Below, piece by piece: positions 1-9,672 of a stretch of 64,000 nucleotides of DNA. Each line of letters begins with the position of its first letter. The first letter of the stretch is position 1. Below the pieces are notes generated by a model. The model was given only the letters and a program-made list of their open reading frames with translations, was not told the origin of the DNA and searched no databases. This DNA comes from Candidatus Entotheonellaceae bacterium. Its GTDB lineage: Bacteria; Tectomicrobia; Entotheonellia; Entotheonellales; Entotheonellaceae. The stretch is taken from contig OZ250173.1 of assembly GCA_965238075.1 (NCBI GenBank), positions 2,560,001 through 2,624,000 of the forward strand. Reading direction: 5' to 3'. The position numbers were made by a program, and so were the translations under genes.

Positions 1-540
1 CGCCAGATCGGCCGAGCGTTGATACACCTGCAGATCGAGCCGCTCGTTGGCGACATAGAACTGCATCAACAGGTGGCACGGCGGCAGGGCCATGTCGGGC
101 AGATCGGCGACGTTCCAGGCGCTCACGACGATGCGGCGGGAGTACGGCTCGTTCTTGATGGTGTCAATCGCCTGGCGGATCTGATCGACGTGACTCTCCG
201 TGATCTCGCCCGTCTCCTCGTCGCGCGCATAGCGCGGCCACTTGCGCCACTGATACCCGTAGATGGGGCCCAATTCCCCGTCATCGTTCGCCCACGGGTT
301 CCAGATGGGCGTGTGGGCCGCCAGGCCGTCGTGGATGTTGGTCGAGCCGCGCAGGAACCACAAAAGCTCCCGCAGCACGGCGTCAAAAAGGACCTTCTTG
401 GTGGTGATGAGCGGGAAGCCCTGTCGCAGGTCGTGGCGCGCCTGTAGTCCGAACAGGGACAGCGCCTTCATCTCCGTGCGATTGGCCCGCTCCACGCCGT
501 TATCCAGGACATTGCGTACGAGTTCCAAATAGGCTTTCAC
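1..540 (-). CDS. thyA: Thymidylate synthase (5' part; runs off window edge)
   Basis: Not in ORF track. Manual translation from GTG at 540 gives [39 protein letters not shown] and later [23 protein letters not shown], the ThyA motifs. Confidence 0.95.
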   Translation of the reverse strand, partial: MKAYLELVRNVLDNGVERANRTEMKALSLFGLQARHDLRQGFPLITTKKVLFDAVLRELLWFLRGSTNIHDGLAAHTPIWNPWANDDGELGPIYGYQWRKWPRYARDEETGEITESHVDQIRQAIDTIKNEPYSRRIVVSAWNVADLPDMALPPCHLLMQFYVANERLDLQVYQRSADLA

Positions 541-728
541 GCCATCTCTCCAGCCACCGTCAACACACCGCGAAACATGGTATACTCCCCGCCATTCACG
601 CGAGAGAACAGCACCGGCGCATTTTTCCACACCCCCTGTACCTCGTCAATGCGGGTTCCCTGCGTTCGCCTCACGTACTCAAAGTCGCCCACTCTTAACA
701 GCCCAATCGAAATACGGAGATTTTTGTC

Positions 729-1763
729 ATGACGTTACACCCGCTTGCCATCCCCGCCCGTTGGCTAACCTTGTTGCCCTGCGCCATGCTGCTCCTGCCG
801 TTTTGCCTCCCGGCATGGGCCGCTGACCTGCCCGAGGTGGTCGCGACGGTGCAAGACCAGTCCATTTCCGCCGAAGCGCTGCGCGACTCGATGCGCGGCC
901 AGCTCCTGCAGATGGACATGGAGCGTTACGAGGCCATGAAGACCCAACTCGATGCCCTCGTCGCCGAGCGTCTCATCGCTTTGGAAGCGGCGCAACGCGG
1001 CATGAGCGTCGAGGAATTCGAGCGTGTCGAAATCTTCGCCAAAATGGAACCCGTAACCCCCGAGCAAGTCAGGAGCTTCTACGACGCCAATAAGGAACGG
1101 CTGCCGCGTTCGTTCGAGGAGTTGGAGGGGCGTATCATGGTCCATCTGCAGCGGCAGTCGGAGGCTCGGCGCCGCGAAGCATTGGGGCGCGAATTGCGGC
1201 AACGATACCCGGTGCGCATCGCCCTGGCGCCGCCCCGTGCTGACGTCGGCGCCGATGACGACCCATTTTTGGGTCCGCAGGACGCACCCGTCACCCTCGT
1301 CGAATTCTCCGATTTTCAATGTCCCTACTGCCGCCGCGTACAGTCCGTGCTGAAACGGCTCATGACCGCCTACCACGGCAAGCTGAAACTCGTCTTCCGC
1401 GATTTTCCGCTGCGGCAGATTCACCCGGAGGCGCAAAAGGCCGCCGAAGCCGCGCAATGCGCCAACGAACAGGGGCAGTTCTGGCCGTATCACGACCGCC
1501 TGTTTGCCGCCACCGAGTTGGGGGTCGAGTACCTCAAGCAATACGCCGTGGAATTGGACCTCGACGCCGAGGGCTTCAACACCTGCCTGGATTCCGAAAA
1601 ATACAGCCAAGAAGTGCAGAAAGACATTGACGATGCGCGCGTCGCCGGGGTGAACGCCACGCCGGCGTTTTTCGTCAACGGCTTGCCGATCAACGGCGCC
1701 GTGCCCTTCGAACGCTTCGTGGAGATGGTCGAGCTGGCGTTGGAGCGCGCCAACGGCCAATAA
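729..1763 (+). CDS. Exported DsbA/thioredoxin-fold protein with N-terminal SurA-like helical region
   Basis: Signal peptide; EFSDFQCPYC; cis-Pro motif GVNATPAFFVNG. Confidence 0.88.
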   Translation: MTLHPLAIPARWLTLLPCAMLLLPFCLPAWAADLPEVVATVQDQSISAEALRDSMRGQLLQMDMERYEAMKTQLDALVAERLIALEAAQRGMSVEEFERVEIFAKMEPVTPEQVRSFYDANKERLPRSFEELEGRIMVHLQRQSEARRREALGRELRQRYPVRIALAPPRADVGADDDPFLGPQDAPVTLVEFSDFQCPYCRRVQSVLKRLMTAYHGKLKLVFRDFPLRQIHPEAQKAAEAAQCANEQGQFWPYHDRLFAATELGVEYLKQYAVELDLDAEGFNTCLDSEKYSQEVQKDIDDARVAGVNATPAFFVNGLPINGAVPFERFVEMVELALERANGQ

Positions 1764-1804
1764 AACGGTGGTGTCAGGGCAAAGAGAGGGGTTGAGGAGG
1801 TAGC

Positions 1805-2635
1805 ATGGAGGTCTCAGAGGCCCGGCGCCGTTTTGCGGCGTACATCGGGCGCCCGCCAGAGGACTTCCGTCTGGCCGAAGGCGCGCTTCTCGTTGCCCTG
1901 GAAGCCTATCCCGACCTCGACGTCGATTCCTATCGGCGACGCCTCGACGGCATGGCGGAAACGATCTCGGCCCGCCTTGGCTTGGAGCTCGAACCCCGCC
2001 GCATCGTGTCGCACATCAACGCCTGCCTCTTCAAAGAACAGGGCTTTCGCGGCAACCGCAGGGATTACTACGACACCCGCAACAGCTTCCTGAACGAGGT
2101 GCTGGACCGCAAGGTCGGCATCCCGATCACTCTCTCCATCATCTACCTCGACATCGGCCGCCGCGTTGGATTGCCGATCAACGGCGTCGGCCTGCCGGGA
2201 CACTTCGTCGTGCAATACGGCGCTCATCCCGAGCCGTTCTACATTGATCCGTTTCACGGCGGCAAACTTCTCTCCGAGCAGGACTGCGCCGCCCGCGTAG
2301 CGCAAATCCACGGCCAGGACCTGCCGTGGCAGGAGTCGTATCTCGACGCGGTCAGCGACCTGCACATCCTGGCGCGCGTGCTGAACAATCTGAAAGTCAT
2401 CTACGTGCGCAAGGGTGCCCACGAGCTGGCCCTCGGCGCCGTGGATCGCCTCATTCTCCTGAAACCGGATGTTCCCTCCGAAATACGTGATCGTGGCCTG
2501 TTGCGCGCTCAGCTTGGCCAACTGCGCAGAGCCCTGGAAGACCTGACCGCCTATCTGGAAGCTTGTCCCGAGGCGCCCGATGCCCCGGCTATGCGCCGCC
2601 ACGTCGCGGCGCTGCAGCGGGGCCTGCGCGGCTGA
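1805..2635 (+). CDS. SirB1/transglutaminase-like protein with C-terminal TPR
   Basis: GFRGNRRDYYD..NSFLNEVLDRKVGIPITLS, GLPGHF, IDPF motifs; RBS GAGGAGG. Confidence 0.88.
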   Translation: MEVSEARRRFAAYIGRPPEDFRLAEGALLVALEAYPDLDVDSYRRRLDGMAETISARLGLELEPRRIVSHINACLFKEQGFRGNRRDYYDTRNSFLNEVLDRKVGIPITLSIIYLDIGRRVGLPINGVGLPGHFVVQYGAHPEPFYIDPFHGGKLLSEQDCAARVAQIHGQDLPWQESYLDAVSDLHILARVLNNLKVIYVRKGAHELALGAVDRLILLKPDVPSEIRDRGLLRAQLGQLRRALEDLTAYLEACPEAPDAPAMRRHVAALQRGLRG

Positions 2636-2773
2636 ACAGGCCGACGCAAGCGGCTATTTTTCGCTGGTTTCGCGCCCTCGCGCAGATATAATGAACCGCG
2701 TTTGCACCGTACCGACGGCACCTCGCAGGAGGCCGACAAACACGCGCAGCAGCGCGCTGCAAAGGAGAGTTGC

Positions 2774-4219
2774 ATGGCGCTCAGAACGCCACAGGAATAC
2801 ATCGCCAGCCTGCAAGACGGGCGCGTGGTCTACTACAAAGGGGAGCGGGTGAAGGACGTGACCAGCCACCCCACCCTGAGCGTCGCCGTCAAGCACGCCT
2901 GCATCGACTACGAAATGGCCGAGGACCCGACACACCGCGATCTCGCCGTTATCGACGACGCCCATGTCGGTGAAACCATCAGCCGCTACTACCATCTGCC
3001 CCGCGACAGCGACGACCTGCTCAAGCGCAGCAAGCTCATCGAGACCGCTACGGGCCTGGGCCGCACCCTGGTGGTGCTCATCAAGGAAATCGGCACCGAC
3101 GCCCTCTTCGCTCTGCACATGGTGGCGCGGCACATGGACGACAACCTCAAGACCGACTACCTGCCGCGCGTGCAGGCGTTTTACCGCCACTGCGCCACCC
3201 AGGACCTGGCCGTTGCCGTGGCCCAAACCGACGTGAAGGGCGACCGCAGCCGGCCGCCTTCGCAGCAGATTCATCCCGATTACTACGTGCGCATCGTCGA
3301 CGAGAGGCCGGACGGCATCGTGGTGCGTGGCGCCAAAATCCACACCTCGGTGATGACCAATTCCAACGAAGTGATCGTGCTGCCGACGCGCAACATGTCC
3401 GAGGCCGACCGCGACTATGCCGTGGCCTTCGCCATCCCCGTCGACACCCCCGGTCTGAAGATGATCTGCAGCCCGTACGGCGCGCCGCGGCACGGCAACT
3501 TCGATCACCCCATCACCTCGCAGCACAAAATGACCGAAACGCTGACGGTGTTCGACGACGTGTTCGTGCCGCACGAGCGGGTCTTCCTGCAAAAGGAGTG
3601 GCAATACGCCGGCGCGCTGGCCAAGACGTTCGTCGAGTTTCACCGCTTCACCGCCATTTCCTACAAGCTGCCCCTCACCGACACCCTGGCGGGTGCCGCG
3701 CAACTGATCGCCGACTACAACGGCCTGCTGCGGGCCGGCCACATCCGCGAGAAGATCACCCGCCTCATCGCCTATACGCAAACCCTGCGCGCCCTCACCA
3801 CGCAGGCCGCTCTGGCCTGTCGCGTGGCCGAGGAGGGCATCGCGGTGCCCAGTCCGCTGCTGGTCAACATCGCCAAGCTGCACTTCGCCGAGAATTATCA
3901 CGAGATGATCGGCGCCCTGCAGGACATCAGCGGCGGCATTCTGGTCACGGCGCCCGGCGAGGAGGACCTGCTGAACCCGGAGACGCGCCCCCTCATCGAG
4001 AAGTACCTCGGGGGCCGGGAAGGGGTGTCGGCTGCGGACCGCCTGAGAGCGCTCAACATGATTTCGGAGTTGACGGCGGCGGATTTCGGCGGTTATCAGG
4101 CGGTGCTGGCGATTCACGCCGAGGGGTCCATCGAGGCGGAAAAGATGACCATTCACCGCGAATACGATTTTCAGGACAGTCTCAAGCTCGCCAAATACGT
4201 GGCCGGCCTCGACGCCTGA
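2774..4219 (+). CDS. HpaB / 4-hydroxybutyryl-CoA dehydratase family flavoprotein (probable oxygenase component)
   Basis: YIASLQDGR.VYYKGERV.DV..HP, QTDVKGDRS, GIVVRGAKIH, FDDVFVPHERVF; start moved to ATG 2774 after AGGAG. Confidence 0.85.
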   Translation: MALRTPQEYIASLQDGRVVYYKGERVKDVTSHPTLSVAVKHACIDYEMAEDPTHRDLAVIDDAHVGETISRYYHLPRDSDDLLKRSKLIETATGLGRTLVVLIKEIGTDALFALHMVARHMDDNLKTDYLPRVQAFYRHCATQDLAVAVAQTDVKGDRSRPPSQQIHPDYYVRIVDERPDGIVVRGAKIHTSVMTNSNEVIVLPTRNMSEADRDYAVAFAIPVDTPGLKMICSPYGAPRHGNFDHPITSQHKMTETLTVFDDVFVPHERVFLQKEWQYAGALAKTFVEFHRFTAISYKLPLTDTLAGAAQLIADYNGLLRAGHIREKITRLIAYTQTLRALTTQAALACRVAEEGIAVPSPLLVNIAKLHFAENYHEMIGALQDISGGILVTAPGEEDLLNPETRPLIEKYLGGREGVSAADRLRALNMISELTAADFGGYQAVLAIHAEGSIEAEKMTIHREYDFQDSLKLAKYVAGLDA

Positions 4220-4285
4220 GGTGCGCCGCGCACGAGCCCCGGCATCGCCCGGGCCAACTCGTCCTAAGCCCAGAAGGGAAACGCT

Positions 4286-4786
4286 ATGCCATTTGATCCA
4301 GCGCTGTTTCGTCAGGTGCTCGGCCGCTTCGCCACGGGTGTAACGGTGATTACCACCTGCATGGGAGATTCCAAGCACGGCATGACGGCGAACGCCTTCA
4401 CGTCCGTATCTCTTGACCCGCCGCTGATCCTCGTGAGCGTTGACAAGAAGGCCGACATGTACGACTGGCTGATAGACTCTGGCGTTTTTTGCGTCAACAT
4501 CCTGCCGGAGCACCGCCGCGCCTGGTCCGATTGGTGGGCCGGCAAAGCGCCAAAGGACGCCGATCAGTTCGCCGACGTGCCGCACAGCGTGAGGGAGACC
4601 GGTAGCCCGGTGCTGGACGAATGCCTCGGCTTCCTTGATTGCAAGGTCTGGGCGCGCTACGAGGGCGGCGACCACACCCTGTTCCTGGGCGAGGTGCAGG
4701 AGGCCGCGGTGAGCGAGGACGAGAGTCTGCCGCCGCTGCTCTTCTTCGCCAGCAAGTATCGCAAGTTACAGGCGGAAGAAGGGTAA
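4286..4786 (+). CDS. Flavin reductase (HpaC-like)
   Basis: FRQVLGRFATGVTVIT, GMTANAFTSVSLDPP, GGDHTLFLGEV. Confidence 0.92.
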   Translation: MPFDPALFRQVLGRFATGVTVITTCMGDSKHGMTANAFTSVSLDPPLILVSVDKKADMYDWLIDSGVFCVNILPEHRRAWSDWWAGKAPKDADQFADVPHSVRETGSPVLDECLGFLDCKVWARYEGGDHTLFLGEVQEAAVSEDESLPPLLFFASKYRKLQAEEG

Positions 4787-4822
4787 GGGCGCCGGCGCTG
4801 CGCCTGGCGGAATGGGCCGGGT

Positions 4823-5989
4823 ATGTTTGAGCTGACGGAAGCGCAACAAGGGGTGCGGAGTAGCATCGGCCGATTTGCCCGGCGCGAATTGCGCTGGCGG
4901 GCCGGCAAGCTGGACGCCGCACCGCCGGGCTCGGTGGACGTGGACCTGCTGGCGCTGTGTTGTGACGTCGGTCTGCTGTCGGCGCAATTACCCGCCGAAT
5001 ACGGCGGCACCATGGACGGCCTTAGCGCCGCCATCGCGGCTGAAGAGCTGGCCTGCTGGGATGCGGGTACCGCGGCACTGCTCATGGCCAACGGCCAGGC
5101 GCAAGCGGCGGTCTCGCTGTCGGGCAACCGCCGCCTCATGGACCTGATATTCCCCGAAATCGTGGCTGCCGAAACCGCTCGCCAGCCGGCGCTGTGTGCC
5201 CTGGCGTTGAGCGAGCGGCACATGGGCAGCGACCTGCAGCATCCCGACGCGCCGACCACTGGGCGCATGATGGTGGTCGCCAAACAACGCGGCGACGGCT
5301 ACGTGTTGTCGGGCCGCAAGTCCTACTGCGCCGCCGGCAACGCGGCCCGCTGGATTGCCGTTTTCGCCACCCTGAGCGAGGACCGCAGCCCCGCGGGGCT
5401 GACCGGTTTCCTTATTCCCACCGATGCCCCAGGTTTCCACGTTAGCGAGGTGTTGACGACCATGGGCCTGCGGGCCTGCCCGCTGGTGGAATTCTACGTG
5501 GAGAACGTCCGGGTGCCGCGCGAGCATCTGCTGACGGTCGAGGGCGGCGGGGCCGACCTGGTGCGGAAACTACTCGCTCATGGCCGCGCGCAGGCCGCTG
5601 CCATTGCGGTGGGAATCGCTCGCGGCGCTTACGAATTGGCGCACCGGCACGCGGCCGGGCGCGTGCAGGGCGGCGGGCCGATCCTGGGCCATCAGATGGT
5701 GCAGGGCACGCTGGCCGACATGGCCACACGGACCGAGGCGGCGCGTCTGCTGGCCTACAAGGCGGCGTCATGCAATCCGCCGCAATTGGCCTTGAGTTCC
5801 ATGGCCAAGGTGTTTGCCAGCGAAGTTGCCGTACAGGCGGCCGGCGACGCCGTGCAATTGCTCGGCGCTTACGGCACGACCCGCAAATCAGGGGCCGAGA
5901 AGATTTACCGGGACGCCAAAATGACGCAGATCCTCGCCGGCACCAACGATATCTGCCGCTTTGCGGTGACGGCGCCGCTGCGGCAATAG
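4823..5989 (+). CDS. Acyl-CoA dehydrogenase family protein
   Basis: PAEYGG, ALALSE..GSD, YVLSGRKSY, SMAKVFASE, YRDAKMTQI.GTNDI. Confidence 0.9.
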   Translation: MFELTEAQQGVRSSIGRFARRELRWRAGKLDAAPPGSVDVDLLALCCDVGLLSAQLPAEYGGTMDGLSAAIAAEELACWDAGTAALLMANGQAQAAVSLSGNRRLMDLIFPEIVAAETARQPALCALALSERHMGSDLQHPDAPTTGRMMVVAKQRGDGYVLSGRKSYCAAGNAARWIAVFATLSEDRSPAGLTGFLIPTDAPGFHVSEVLTTMGLRACPLVEFYVENVRVPREHLLTVEGGGADLVRKLLAHGRAQAAAIAVGIARGAYELAHRHAAGRVQGGGPILGHQMVQGTLADMATRTEAARLLAYKAASCNPPQLALSSMAKVFASEVAVQAAGDAVQLLGAYGTTRKSGAEKIYRDAKMTQILAGTNDICRFAVTAPLRQ

Positions 5990-6318
5990 GTAGGGGCGGG
6001 CCTTGTGCCTGCCCTGTAGGTGCCCGCCGGCACGTGACAGCGGGCACCTACAAGGGGTGCCCCTGCAACGGTTGGGGGCGCTTGGACGGGCTGTTTTCAT
6101 AGGAATCCCCCATGGCCTTTGCAAGGCCACATCAAGAGCCATGAAAATGAGTCCCGGAGCGGCCGCCGCCCCCCCTGACAAGGGGGGTTGGGGGGTTACA
6201 CGTTTGCCCTGGGCGGGCCTTGTGCCTGCCCTGTGGACGCCCGCCGGCAGGTGACAGCGGGCACCACAAGGGGTGCCCCTACGACGGTTGGGGGCATTTG
6301 GACGGGCTGTTTTCATAG
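5990..6318 (+). repeat. Two direct copies (~108 bp; 5994-6102 and 6211-6318) of a REP-like palindromic unit
   Basis: GGGCGGGCCTTGTGCCTGCCC...GGGCACC(T)ACAAGGGGTGCCCCT...TTGGACGGGCTGTTTTCATAG appears twice; the first copy is preceded by GTAG. Confidence 0.85.
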
Positions 6319-6334
6319 TAAGCCATCATGGTTC

Positions 6335-6437
6335 GTCGCCCCGGCCGGAGCTTGCCCCGGACTGGATCCGGGGCCGGGCTCCAGAAGGTTTTGCGGCGTC
6401 GAAGGTCGCTGGATTCCGGCGTGCGCCGGAATGACGC
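6335..6437. repeat. Palindromic intergenic repeat (GTCATTCC...GGAATGAC / CCCCGGACTTGATCCGGGG family)
   Basis: Related copies at ~35707-35815, 38813-38877, 48974-49052 and 55733-55805. Confidence 0.75.
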
Positions 6438-6497
6438 TATGTGGGCATCGGACGGTCTGTTTTGGCAATTGCCGAGGACCTTCCTTGATTCGGAGTG

Positions 6498-7262
6498 ATG
6501 CGCGTGGCAAAGACGGCCGGCATCGTGGTGATTGGCAACGAGATTCTCTCCGGCAAGGTGGTGGACGCCAATTCGCCCTATCTGTGTCAGGAACTGCGCC
6601 CGCTGGGGGTGGACGTGCGGCGCATCGTGGTGTTGCCGGACGACATCAAGGTGATAGCCGAGCACGTCGCAGCGTTCGCATCTGCCTTCGACTACGTGCT
6701 GACGACCGGCGGTGTCGGCCCGACGCACGATGACGTCACCATCGAGGCGGTGGCGCGGGGACTGGGCCGGCAAGTGGTCATTCAGCCCGAGTTGAGCGCC
6801 CTGTTGCAGGAACATTGGGCGGAGCGGCCCGCGGCGGTGCGGGACAAGATGGCGAGTGTGCCGGAGGGCACGCAGTTGCTGATGGAGCCCAGCCTGCCTA
6901 TCCCGGTTTTGCTGGTCGGCAACGTGTACGTTTTTCCGGGTATCCCGAAGTTGTTCCGGCGGCTGTTTGACGACATCAAGGAGCGCTTCCGCGAATCGCC
7001 GTATCACGTCCGCCACGTGTACGTGCGGGCCCGGGAGAGCACCTTTGCCCACCATCTGGAGGCCGTGATGGCGGCGTTTCCAGACCTGATGCTGGGCTCC
7101 TATCCCGAGGTCGACAACCCGGCGTACCGGGTCAAGCTCACGCTGGAATCCAAAGATCCGACCTACCTGAAACGGGCGCACGAACACTTGCTGGCGCTGC
7201 TGCCAGCGGATGTCGTGACCGACGTGGCGGCGCCCCAGTCGTGCGGAGGAAATGAGTCGTGA
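6498..7262 (+). CDS. CinA N-terminal / molybdopterin-binding domain protein
   Basis: IGNEILSGKVVDANS, TTGGVGPTHDDVT, FPGIP, GSYP. Confidence 0.88.
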   Translation: MRVAKTAGIVVIGNEILSGKVVDANSPYLCQELRPLGVDVRRIVVLPDDIKVIAEHVAAFASAFDYVLTTGGVGPTHDDVTIEAVARGLGRQVVIQPELSALLQEHWAERPAAVRDKMASVPEGTQLLMEPSLPIPVLLVGNVYVFPGIPKLFRRLFDDIKERFRESPYHVRHVYVRARESTFAHHLEAVMAAFPDLMLGSYPEVDNPAYRVKLTLESKDPTYLKRAHEHLLALLPADVVTDVAAPQSCGGNES

Positions 7263-7807
7263 AGATATACACCCGAACGGGTGACGCGGGCGAGACCGGG
7301 CTGTTCGACGGCACGCGGGTGCCCAAAGACGCCGCCCGGGTGGCGGCCTACGGGGATGTGGACGAGTTGAACGCCGTGTTGGGCCTCGCCCTGGCTTTCG
7401 TGCGCGAGGACGACGACTTGCGCCCGTGCCTGCTGACCATCCAGCGCGACCTGTTTACGGTCGGCGCCCAACTGGCCGATCCGAGCGCCAGGGTCGAAGC
7501 CAAGCGCGGCGCCAAGGCCAGCTTTACGGAAGACAAGGTGAGCCAGTTGGAGGAATGGATCGACCGCTTCGAGGCGCAGTTGCAACCGCTGCGGCAGTTC
7601 ATCCTGCCCGGCGGCTCGAAGGGCGGCGCCACCCTGCACCTCGCCCGCACCGTGGGGCGCCGGGCCGAGCGGCGCATCGTGGCGCTGTCGCATGAGGTGG
7701 AGATGGACCCCCTCATTGTGCGGTATATGAATCGGTTGTCGGATTTTCTGTTCGTCGCGGCACGACTGGAGAACCTGCACCGCCGTCACGAGGAAATTCC
7801 CTGGTAA
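7259..7807 (+). CDS. pduO: PduO-type cob(I)alamin adenosyltransferase
   Basis: KIYTRTGDAGET, AYGDVDELN, FILPGG, RRAERR, YMNRLSD. Confidence 0.93.
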   Translation: MKIYTRTGDAGETGLFDGTRVPKDAARVAAYGDVDELNAVLGLALAFVREDDDLRPCLLTIQRDLFTVGAQLADPSARVEAKRGAKASFTEDKVSQLEEWIDRFEAQLQPLRQFILPGGSKGGATLHLARTVGRRAERRIVALSHEVEMDPLIVRYMNRLSDFLFVAARLENLHRRHEEIPW

Positions 7808-7818
7808 AGGAGCGCACA

Positions 7819-8349
7819 TTGATTTTCAAGGTAGCTCGATTGGGGCACCCGGTGCTGCGGCAGGTCGCCGAGCCGGTGCCGCCGGATGAGATCACCTCGC
7901 CGGAGGTGCAGCAGTTCATCGACGACATGATCGAAACCATGTATGAGTACGACGGCGCCGGCCTGGCTGCCCCGCAGGTGCACGTGTCGCAGCAGATCGT
8001 GGTGATGGAGGTGGCACAAAACCCGCGCTATCCGAACGCCCCGGACATTCCGCTGACGATCTATATCAACCCGGAAATCACGCCGCTCACCGATGAGAAG
8101 GTGGAGGACTGGGAGGGCTGCCTGAGCGTGCCAGGGATGCGCGGACGGGTGCCGCGGCACACTCGGATTCGCCTGCAGGCATACGACCGCGAGGGGCGGC
8201 GGCTGGACTTCGTGGCGGAAGGATTCCACGCCCGCGTCATTCAACACGAGTGCGATCACGTGCAAGGCAAGGTGTATCTCGACCGCATGACGAGCATGGA
8301 GTCGCTGACCTTCACGGAAGAATTCATCAAGTACGGGATGGGTGAGTAG
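7819..8349 (+). CDS. def: Peptide deformylase
   Basis: GAGLAAPQ, EGCLS, QHECDH. Confidence 0.96.
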   Translation: MIFKVARLGHPVLRQVAEPVPPDEITSPEVQQFIDDMIETMYEYDGAGLAAPQVHVSQQIVVMEVAQNPRYPNAPDIPLTIYINPEITPLTDEKVEDWEGCLSVPGMRGRVPRHTRIRLQAYDREGRRLDFVAEGFHARVIQHECDHVQGKVYLDRMTSMESLTFTEEFIKYGMGE

Positions 8350-9439
8350 GGGTAATGGCCGACGGCCGGTTGGGGTCGTTGCGCAGTTGGGCGAGGGCCC
8401 AGGCGGCGTGTTCGCGGATCAGCGGTTCCTCGTCCTGCAGCAGGTCTTCCAGCACGGGGATGAAGGCGGGATTGCCGGAGTTGCCCATCGCCACGCAGAC
8501 GTTGCGCAGCAGGCCGCGCCGTTTGGGGCGTTCGAGGGCGGTGCCGCGGAAGCGCTGCTTGAAGGCTTCGGGGGTCAAACGGGCCAGTTCTTCGAGGTCC
8601 GGGTGCACGTGCTCCGGGCGGGGTTGCAGCCCGGGTTCGGCAGTGAAATGGCGTTTGCGGTTCCAGGGGCAGACGTCCTGGCAGATGTCGCAGCCCAGAA
8701 CGTGGTTGCCCATGGGCGCGCGCAGGGCTTCGGGAATCGCGCTCTTGAGCTCGATCGTCAGGTAGGAAATGCAGCGCCGGGCGTCGAGGACGTACGGTTC
8801 GGGGAACGCTTCGGTGGGGCAGGCGTCGAGGCAGCGGGTGCAGGTGCCGCAGTGGTCGGGCGTTGGGCTGTCGATGTCCAGCGGCACCGTCAGAACGAGG
8901 ACGCCGAGGAGCAGCCAGGAGCCGAGACGCTTGTCGAGCAGGCAGGTGTTCTTGCCGAACCAGCCGAGGCCGGCGTATTTCGCATACACCCGCTCGACCA
9001 CCGGCCCGGTATCCACATACAGCTTGCCGGCCGCCGCCGATGGTAGCAGGGTGGCCGCGAAGTCCCGCAGCCGTTCCAGCTTGTCCTGCAGCACCCCGTG
9101 GTAATCCTCGCCCCAGGCGTAACGCGCCACCCAGCCGCGTCCAGGATCAGCGTGCTTGGTGGAGTAAGGGTAGGGGGTGTCGTAGTTCAGCCCGCACACC
9201 ACGACCGACCGAGCGCCCGGCAGCACCTTCTGGAGATCGCTGCGGCGTTCCTGGGTGCGAGACAGATAGTGCATGTCTCCGGCATAGCCCGCGGCCAGCC
9301 ATTTTTCATAGAATTGCAGTTCCGGGCTATCCTGCGCCGGCGCGACGCCCACCAGATCGAAGCCCAACTCCAGGGCGTGTTGTTTGATGCGTCGGGTCAG
9401 TTCGCGACGGGAGGTCCGGGACGGGGAAGGAAGGGTCAT
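8327..9439 (-). CDS. queG: Epoxyqueuosine reductase
   Basis: ARYAWGEDYH, YVDTGPVVER, GLGWFGKN, CGTCTRCLDACPT, RCISYLTIE, GCDICQDVCPWN, C-terminal HEAT repeat. Confidence 0.95.
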   Translation of the reverse strand: MTLPSPSRTSRRELTRRIKQHALELGFDLVGVAPAQDSPELQFYEKWLAAGYAGDMHYLSRTQERRSDLQKVLPGARSVVVCGLNYDTPYPYSTKHADPGRGWVARYAWGEDYHGVLQDKLERLRDFAATLLPSAAAGKLYVDTGPVVERVYAKYAGLGWFGKNTCLLDKRLGSWLLLGVLVLTVPLDIDSPTPDHCGTCTRCLDACPTEAFPEPYVLDARRCISYLTIELKSAIPEALRAPMGNHVLGCDICQDVCPWNRKRHFTAEPGLQPRPEHVHPDLEELARLTPEAFKQRFRGTALERPKRRGLLRNVCVAMGNSGNPAFIPVLEDLLQDEEPLIREHAAWALAQLRNDPNRPSAITPTHPSRT

Positions 9440-9477
9440 CTGTCTTCTGCTCTCGCGTCATGGCGGCCCAATTTATT

Positions 9478-9506
9478 CTGGACGAATGGTCGAACGGCAG
9501 TATAAT
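9478..9506 (+). promoter_or_regulatory. Probable sigma70 promoter of tRNA-Asn
   Basis: Perfect TATAAT at 9501-9506, 13 nt before the tRNA; weak -35 (CTGGAC) 17 nt upstream. Confidence 0.6.
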
Positions 9507-9519
9507 ACACCCTGATCAT

Positions 9520-9595
9520 TCCCCGGTAGCTCAGTTGGCAGAGCGGTTGGCTGTTAACCAACTTGTCGCTGGTTCGAGTCCGGCCCGGGGAGCCA
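9520..9595 (+). tRNA. tRNA-Asn (GTT)
   Basis: 76 nt; TCCCCGG/CCGGGGA acceptor stem, TAGCTCAGTTGG D arm, anticodon loop CTGTTAA, GGTTCGAGTCC T arm, encoded CCA. Confidence 0.97.
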
Positions 9596-9630
9596 ACTTT
9601 TCGACCGTTAACGCTTGCGGCTTTATAGTC

Positions 9631-9672
9631 AACGCGAGACCCCGACAGGATCACCCGTCGGGGTCTCGCGTT
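9631..9672. terminator. 16-bp perfect hairpin downstream of tRNA
   Basis: AACGCGAGACCCCGAC-N10-GTCGGGGTCTCGCGTT; U-tract is weak. Confidence 0.55.

Noticed and set aside
5990-6437. CRISPR array
   Set aside because: Only two ~108-bp palindromic copies, no regular repeat-spacer period, and no cas genes in the window.
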